Sequence record: NC_047767.1
Direction: 5' to 3' (one strand)
Length of the DNA: 64,000 nt
DNA from: Staphylococcus phage vB_SscM-1
Shown here: positions 59,257 through 64,000 of the stretch, piece after piece
Numbering within the stretch: the stretch's first letter is position 1
How the letters are laid out: every line of letters starts with the position of its first letter
Made by a program: the position numbers and the translations under genes
Notes under the pieces: model-generated
The model's database searches: none
The model's input: only the letters and a program-made list of their open reading frames with translations
Told to the model about the DNA's origin: nothing

Positions 59257-60360
59257 ATGAAAACTGAATATAAGTATCAAGTAGGTGAAGTAGTTAATGA
59301 AACACTGAGGATAATAAGTCAGACAAGAACTTTACCCAATAAAAGGAATAAAACAAATAAAGCTTATGAAGTACAAAGCTTAGTATACCCTGATGCACCT
59401 ACATATATATCATCTGAATCAACTTTAAAAAGGGGATGTGGGTGCTCCTATAACTATGGTAAGAGAGTGTATGCAGGCAATTCATTGTATAGTGTAGAGC
59501 ATATCAGACCCTACTTAATAGATATAAAAGAAGCAAAAAAAATTGCAAAAAGTTCAACTAAAAAAATTAATTTTAAATGCTCTCAGTGTAACATAGTTAA
59601 AAAAATGGCTCCTTACACTCTTATCAAGCATGGTATTATGTGTCCTAAATGCTCTAAAGGTACTAGTTACCCAGAGTTATTCATGATGGCTTATTTAGAG
59701 GTAAAAGGAATTGAGTATGAGTATCAAAAAGTATTTGATGATTTACCTAATAGAAGATTTGATTTTTATTTACCTAAAGAGAATGTGGTAATAGAGACTC
59801 ATGGAGTACAGCATTATAGCAATTCTAGTGCATGGAACAACTTAAGTACTACAACACAATCTGATAAAGAAAAACAGGAGTATTGTAGAGCTAATAATAT
59901 ATCTTATATAGAGATAGATGCAAGGAAAAGTAACTTTAAATTTATTAAAGACAGTGTGACTGATAGCAATTTATCTAACATAAATAGTAAAGAGAATGAG
60001 TTAATACTTAAACACATAGAAAATAATAAGAGGTATTGCACAAAAGAAATAGTTAAACTTTACAAAGAAGGTAGGAGTACTATTGAAATAGCTAAGATAT
60101 ACAGTATAAGCTATACAACTGTTAACAATATTTTATTGAGAAACGACATAACTATAAGGAGTGCAAAACAAGTCAGGAGTAAACCCGTAAGGTGTGTTAA
60201 TATAAATAAGATTTTTAATAGTATATCAGAGGCTTGTGTGGAACTAAATATAAGTAACTCTGTGAGAAGTAACATATCTAGGGTGTGCAAGGGTAATGGA
60301 AACTATGCAGGTAAACACCCAGTAACAGGAGAAAAGTTAAAATGGGAATATGTTGACTAG
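59257..60360 (+). CDS. Freestanding homing-endonuclease-like protein. It has a Zn ribbon, a putative nuclease core and two C-terminal NUMOD1-type HTH repeats.
   Basis: CSQC...CPKC Zn ribbon. RFDFYLPKENVVIETHGVQHY core. Two repeats of the type TIEIAKIYSISYTTVNNIL and SISEACVELNISNSVRSNISRVCKG...GEKLKWEYV, like the DNA-binding tails of phage GIY-YIG/HNH homing endonucleases. Confidence 0.5.
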   Translation: MKTEYKYQVGEVVNETLRIISQTRTLPNKRNKTNKAYEVQSLVYPDAPTYISSESTLKRGCGCSYNYGKRVYAGNSLYSVEHIRPYLIDIKEAKKIAKSSTKKINFKCSQCNIVKKMAPYTLIKHGIMCPKCSKGTSYPELFMMAYLEVKGIEYEYQKVFDDLPNRRFDFYLPKENVVIETHGVQHYSNSSAWNNLSTTTQSDKEKQEYCRANNISYIEIDARKSNFKFIKDSVTDSNLSNINSKENELILKHIENNKRYCTKEIVKLYKEGRSTIEIAKIYSISYTTVNNILLRNDITIRSAKQVRSKPVRCVNINKIFNSISEACVELNISNSVRSNISRVCKGNGNYAGKHPVTGEKLKWEYVD

Positions 60361-60406
60361 TAGCAAAGAAACCTTCACACATAAGTAACATAAAGTGGAG
60401 TAATCT

Positions 60407-60505
60407 ATGTTGACTATTAAAACAATTAAAGAAACAATATTAGAGCAACCTGGGATTTTCGTTCTCTCTCCCACTCGTACAGCCTTATACTACCGACTTG
60501 GTTGA
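60407..60505 (+). CDS. Possible 32-aa peptide (MLTIKTIKETILEQPGIFVLSPTRTALYYRLG) in the non-coding region downstream of the endonuclease gene.
   Basis: AAGTGGAG RBS 6 nt before the ATG. Low confidence, because it lies in a structured region. Confidence 0.2.
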   Translation: MLTIKTIKETILEQPGIFVLSPTRTALYYRLG

Positions 60506-60762
60506 TTACTCAACTAACCAACCTCATTGTACACAACTTAATTGTGCTTGATGGTATGCTTATCTACTCTTATGTAACCTTTATCTTATAGTAAGAAGCG
60601 GTAACCTTAGCTTATATACTATTAATGTGGTATATAATATGTATAATACTGGTACTGATGTATCAAGGGCTCAAGATGTATTTGTGAATAAGGTTGTATA
60701 AAAGACTCCACTTTCCCTAGGGTTAGTATTCATAAAAATGAATAAATGTATAAAATTAATCC

Positions 60763-60791
60763 TTGACACCCGCTTCATCTTATGTTATAAT
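60763..60791 (+). promoter_or_regulatory. Sigma-A promoter TTGACA, 17 bp, TATAAT (TATGTTATAAT) with CCGCTTC in the spacer.
   Basis: -35 at 60763-60768 and -10 at 60786-60791. Confidence 0.6.
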
Positions 60792-60823
60792 AAGAGTATA
60801 AATAATAAAGGAGATTGATAGTT

Positions 60824-61126
60824 ATGAATATTAAAGAGATTACGGTAAGGTTAGCAAAGGTCATTCAAGAGAAGGATGCAGAAGTATTCAGTATGATTAT
60901 ACGAGATAAGAAGGATAAGACTAAGCCTAGTAGTATTACCCTTAATGGTGTAGCAGACCTATTCATGTTAGAAGCGGATGGTGTTATATTGTACTCAGTT
61001 AAGTTTATGGGTGAGGAAGTACTTAGAAGTTGGAGTAAGACTGGAGCATTAGAGACTGTAGTATACTATGCTCAGGAGTATGCAGATAATAGAGCACATT
61101 ACAATAAGATTAAGAACAGTATATAG
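60824..61126 (+). CDS. Hypothetical protein, 100 aa.
   Basis: AAAGGAG RBS before the ATG at 60824. Confidence 0.45.
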   Translation: MNIKEITVRLAKVIQEKDAEVFSMIIRDKKDKTKPSSITLNGVADLFMLEADGVILYSVKFMGEEVLRSWSKTGALETVVYYAQEYADNRAHYNKIKNSI

Positions 61127-61137
61127 GAGGAATAGAC

Positions 61138-61521
61138 ATGGATAGAAAGCTATTTAAAGACTTATTAGAGTACATCAAAGAGAATGGGTATGAGGATAAA
61201 GGAAGGTTCCCAACACATAACTACAAATCGTTAGATGTAACCTTATTAACTTTCGATTTTAAACTACAAATTAGCTATGTGTTTGATATGTTAGATAATA
61301 TGGTAGTGTTAAAGGGTATAGATGTAATAGATGTAGACAAAGGTGAGTGGATAGGTCATTTACTTGATTGTGAATTTCGTACACTTACCGATTGGCATGA
61401 TTATAAAGATATGAAACTTCGTGACATTATAGATGTCATGTTAATAGACCATAAAAAGAGCTGGGGAATTTATGAGGAAGAACCAAAAGAAGTAAGAGTT
61501 AAAGATTTCTTATATGGGTAA
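61138..61521 (+). CDS. Hypothetical protein, 127 aa.
   Basis: TAGGAGGAA RBS. Confidence 0.45.
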   Translation: MDRKLFKDLLEYIKENGYEDKGRFPTHNYKSLDVTLLTFDFKLQISYVFDMLDNMVVLKGIDVIDVDKGEWIGHLLDCEFRTLTDWHDYKDMKLRDIIDVMLIDHKKSWGIYEEEPKEVRVKDFLYG

Positions 61522-61527
61522 TAACTG

Positions 61528-61556
61528 TTGACAACTGATTCTACCTATGTTATAAT
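61528..61556 (+). promoter_or_regulatory. Sigma-A promoter TTGACA, 17 bp, TATAAT (TATGTTATAAT).
   Basis: -35 at 61528-61533 and -10 at 61551-61556. Confidence 0.6.
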
Positions 61557-61584
61557 AAGGTATGAATATTAAGGAGGAGTAGAC

Positions 61585-61836
61585 ATGGAAGTAATCAGAA
61601 CGTTTTACGCAGTATATAGAGACGGTAAATTAGTTAAGAGAGGGTTAGGTAGAGATGACCTTATCTCAGGCTTATACAACTCCTGGAGGAAGGGTGTTAC
61701 TAAGGTGATACCTTTTACCTTTAACAATGGTTCAGGAATGTACTTTGATGATATAGATGTACCTAGCTTAGTAGAAGCGGTTAATGAAGAAGGTGTTCTT
61801 AAGATAGAGGTAAGTTATAGTACACAAGAAATTTAA
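61585..61836 (+). CDS. Hypothetical protein, 83 aa.
   Basis: TAAGGAGGAG RBS. Confidence 0.45.
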   Translation: MEVIRTFYAVYRDGKLVKRGLGRDDLISGLYNSWRKGVTKVIPFTFNNGSGMYFDDIDVPSLVEAVNEEGVLKIEVSYSTQEI

Positions 61837-61854
61837 GAAGTTGGGTGTTAAGGG

Positions 61855-61883
61855 TTGACAACCGCTTCTTAGTATGGTATAAT
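61855..61883 (+). promoter_or_regulatory. Sigma-A promoter TTGACA, 17 bp, TGgTATAAT with CCGCTTC in the spacer.
   Basis: -35 at 61855-61860 and -10 at 61878-61883. Confidence 0.6.
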
Positions 61884-61914
61884 ACTAGTATAAACAATAG
61901 GGAGGAAGATAATT

Positions 61915-62340
61915 ATGAATACAATGAAATTATTAGAGGGTATTACAAGTAGATTAAATATTAATGATATTAAGGTAAGTAAAATTGTATTGGTAGGGGC
62001 TATGATAGAGCTAGAGGGTGTTATGAGTATTGTAAATTACTCCAAGGATGATAGTAAAGATTATGACTATAGAGTAGCTACCCGTGATTCTGTAGAGTAT
62101 TTTAATAATACTAGACTTGCTACAGATGCTATTATCAAAGAGGTTAGGAAGTTTAAAGAATTTAAAGCAGGTCGTATTGTAGAGAATGATGGTAAGAAGT
62201 TTATGCTTGTACCTGTTGAAGGGACTACTGAGTGTTTCCATCTACTAGACTTAGATACACTTGAAGTAAATCGTGAATGGGTATCTGATATAGAACTATA
62301 CAAAAATGATTATTATTTATCAGGAGGAGAAGCGGAATGA
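61915..62340 (+). CDS. Hypothetical protein, 141 aa.
   Basis: TAGGGAGGAAG RBS. Confidence 0.45.
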   Translation: MNTMKLLEGITSRLNINDIKVSKIVLVGAMIELEGVMSIVNYSKDDSKDYDYRVATRDSVEYFNNTRLATDAIIKEVRKFKEFKAGRIVENDGKKFMLVPVEGTTECFHLLDLDTLEVNREWVSDIELYKNDYYLSGGEAE

Positions 62341-62906
62341 AATTAAATTTCGAGACTAACATTGCAGAGGGTACACCTGAGGAGCTAGTAGAATACTTAA
62401 GATTAGTAGAAGGGAATAGCACAGAAGAACCAGAAGAAGCGGAAGAACCTTCTACAGAACTTAAAGTAGGAGATAAGGTAAGAGTATTAAACAGTCTCTA
62501 TGGAGCTGAAGGAGAGGCTACTGTAACTAAGGTACTAGAAGGTGGTAAGGTAGAGATAGCAGGTACAAGTAATTATGGTACTTATTTAACGAACTGGAGT
62601 AACTGTGTATCCTTCCTAGAGAAGATAGAAGAGGAAGAAGATGTAGAAGTAGAAGAAGCGGATGGACTTCTAGGTTACAGATACTGGTACTTAGACACTG
62701 CTAACTTTAATAAATTTGTTGTACTAAAAGCAAGAGCTAATTACTTTGAAGATTCAATAGGTAAGAGATACACTTATCAGGCTGTAAGCGGGTATGTAAA
62801 ACCTATTGACAGAGAAGATGCTTATGTAAAATTTGATTTTGCTGAAAGAAAAGGAGCTCTATTAAGTTACTACCCTACAGTAGATATCTTTCAGATTAGT
62901 TATTAA
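62337..62906 (+). CDS. Hypothetical acidic protein, 189 aa, carrying the paralogous N-terminal motif AEGTPEELVEYL.
   Basis: AGGAGGAG RBS. ATGA overlap with the upstream gene. Confidence 0.45.
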   Translation: MKLNFETNIAEGTPEELVEYLRLVEGNSTEEPEEAEEPSTELKVGDKVRVLNSLYGAEGEATVTKVLEGGKVEIAGTSNYGTYLTNWSNCVSFLEKIEEEEDVEVEEADGLLGYRYWYLDTANFNKFVVLKARANYFEDSIGKRYTYQAVSGYVKPIDREDAYVKFDFAERKGALLSYYPTVDIFQISY

Positions 62907-62908
62907 TT

Positions 62909-62927
62909 GAAGCGGGTTAACCGCTTC
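62909..62927. repeat. Perfect palindrome GAAGCGGGTTAACCGCTTC (two inverted GAAGCGG heptamers around a GTTAAC core).
   Basis: Read directly. It is part of the GAAGCGG motif cluster. Confidence 0.9.
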
Positions 62928-63026
62928 TCCTACTTAGAGTATATAAGTAGTTGTATATTGTAAGTAGGAGTGGTAATCCTACAGTTCTTGTAAAGGAACC
63001 ATTTTGGTTTGTTCCGACAAGCCGAA

Positions 63027-63058
63027 CCCTCTATCTCAGAAATAGGGGGTTTTTATTT
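63027..63058 (+). terminator. Rho-independent terminator.
   Basis: CCCTCTAT-ctcagaa-ATAGGGGG hairpin (one G-U pair) plus TTTTTATTT. Confidence 0.65.
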
Positions 63059-63063
63059 AGGTG

Positions 63064-63092
63064 TTGACATATACTAAGTAGTATGTTATAAT
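63064..63092 (+). promoter_or_regulatory. Sigma-A promoter TTGACA, 17 bp, TATAAT (TATGTTATAAT).
   Basis: -35 at 63064-63069 and -10 at 63087-63092. Confidence 0.6.
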
Positions 63093-63122
63093 TGATATAT
63101 AATCAATAAGGAGGAAGCGGTT

Positions 63123-63290
63123 ATGGTAGTTTTAATTATAGTACAGATTTTGTTATTAGTATTACAGATTTTATCATTGGTGTTACTTATCAAAACAGAT
63201 GATGATTTCTGGTTATTTATTTCAAATATATTCTTTGCAGGTGTAGTTGGAATGATGGTTTATATTTTAATGTCTTATGGACTCGTATAA
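63123..63290 (+). CDS. Small hydrophobic membrane protein of 55 aa (MVVLIIVQILLLVLQILSLVLLIKTDDDFWLFISNIFFAGVVGMMVYILMSYGLV). The ORF track misses it.
   Basis: AAGGAGGAAG RBS and its own consensus promoter. Two TM helices. Confidence 0.5.
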   Translation: MVVLIIVQILLLVLQILSLVLLIKTDDDFWLFISNIFFAGVVGMMVYILMSYGLV

Positions 63291-63303
63291 AGGAGGAATT
63301 AAA

Positions 63304-63903
63304 ATGAAACTAGAAACTAAGTATGGAGTACTAGAGGGTACTGTAGAAGAGTTTAAAGAACTATTAGAAGGTAAGAAAGACTTAAGTTACTTCTCAGGTG
63401 AAGCGGAAGAGGATATTAAACCAACGTATAAGATTGTTAATAAGGATACGATAGATTATAATTCAGGAGTACGTATTTTTAAAGGTATAGTACTTGAACA
63501 CACATCAAGAGATTGGTATACAACAAAGAGTATGTATACAGATACGGTGGGTAACCTTTATGAATTACATGAGAGTGACCTAGATGATTATAATATGTCT
63601 TGGGTAGATGCTAAGTTTAAGTCATTTAAGGATAAAGACCTTTTACTTATTCAGAAAGAGGAAGATAAGTATAAAGTAGTTAAAGAGGATATTTATTTCC
63701 CTATGGATGGTAATAGTGTTCTTGAGAAAGGTACAGTATTGATTGAAGGTAGTATTAATTCTTATAAAGACTCTTTAGGTAACACCTATCGTTTAAGCCT
63801 AGATACAATAGAAGATAAGTTAGAAGGAGTTTACGGTAGTGTAGGACTTCGTTTTGAAGAACATAAGCTTAATAACAAATTATATAAAGTAGAATTACCT
63901 TAG
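63304..63903 (+). CDS. Hypothetical protein, 199 aa, carrying the paralogous N-terminal motif LEGTVEEFKELL.
   Basis: AAAGGAGGAA RBS before the ATG at 63304. Confidence 0.45.
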   Translation: MKLETKYGVLEGTVEEFKELLEGKKDLSYFSGEAEEDIKPTYKIVNKDTIDYNSGVRIFKGIVLEHTSRDWYTTKSMYTDTVGNLYELHESDLDDYNMSWVDAKFKSFKDKDLLLIQKEEDKYKVVKEDIYFPMDGNSVLEKGTVLIEGSINSYKDSLGNTYRLSLDTIEDKLEGVYGSVGLRFEEHKLNNKLYKVELP

Positions 63904-64000
63904 AATCAATTCTAAGGGTACTCAGAGTCTCATAGAGAGCCTTTAAGGTTAAAGTAGAGGGATTGTTAGGAAAAGGTCTACCGCTTCTCTATAAGGATTA

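Overview
This window reads as one contiguous stretch of a large virulent SPO1-like/Twort-like (Herelleviridae-type) myovirus of a low-GC Gram-positive host. The sequence is AT-rich, has a Staphylococcus-like codon bias, and almost every gene has an AGGAGG-type RBS. I found plausible genes only on the + strand, so every gene called here is on the + strand. It has three parts. (1) 1-12.9 kb is a baseplate, tail-fibre and receptor-binding module. It holds very large structural proteins of 1175, 1152, 576 and 450 aa and ends with an intrinsic terminator. (2) 12.9-37.6 kb is a replication, recombination and nucleotide-metabolism module. It encodes an SF2 DEAH helicase, a Rep-like protein, a DnaB-like helicase, SbcD/Mre11 and SbcC/Rad50 homologues, a primase, a resolvase-like protein and a thioredoxin. 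Its ribonucleotide reductase is unusual because the ATP-cone is fused to the small R2 subunit and the R1 subunit is N-terminally truncated. The module also encodes an HU/TF1-like protein, an intron-less family-A DNA polymerase, an SSB-like protein, a RecA-like recombinase and a sigma-factor-like protein. (3) 37.7-45.8 kb holds Ig-like structural proteins, a second metallophosphoesterase, a PD-(D/E)xK nuclease-like protein and membrane proteins. A 350-nt AT-rich gene-free region follows at 45.8-46.1 kb. From 46.1 kb to the end lies a dense array of about 45 small ORFs. Many of them have their own perfect sigma-A consensus promoter (TTGACA, 17 bp, TATAAT, often with a TATGTTATAAT extended -10). 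Several of these promoters are built into the upstream terminator hairpin. This organisation is typical of an early host-takeover region. Observations worth follow-up are the unusual RNR, a strongly over-represented GAAGCGG heptamer confined to the last 3.4 kb, a 255-nt structured non-coding leader/ncRNA candidate behind a consensus promoter, duplicated terminator-promoter cassettes, a freestanding homing-endonuclease-like gene followed by 450 nt of structured non-coding DNA, a perfect 45-bp tandem duplication inside a CDS, a small paralogous protein family, and several short ORFs missed by the 60-aa cutoff. No CRISPR array, tRNA, transposase or integrase was found.
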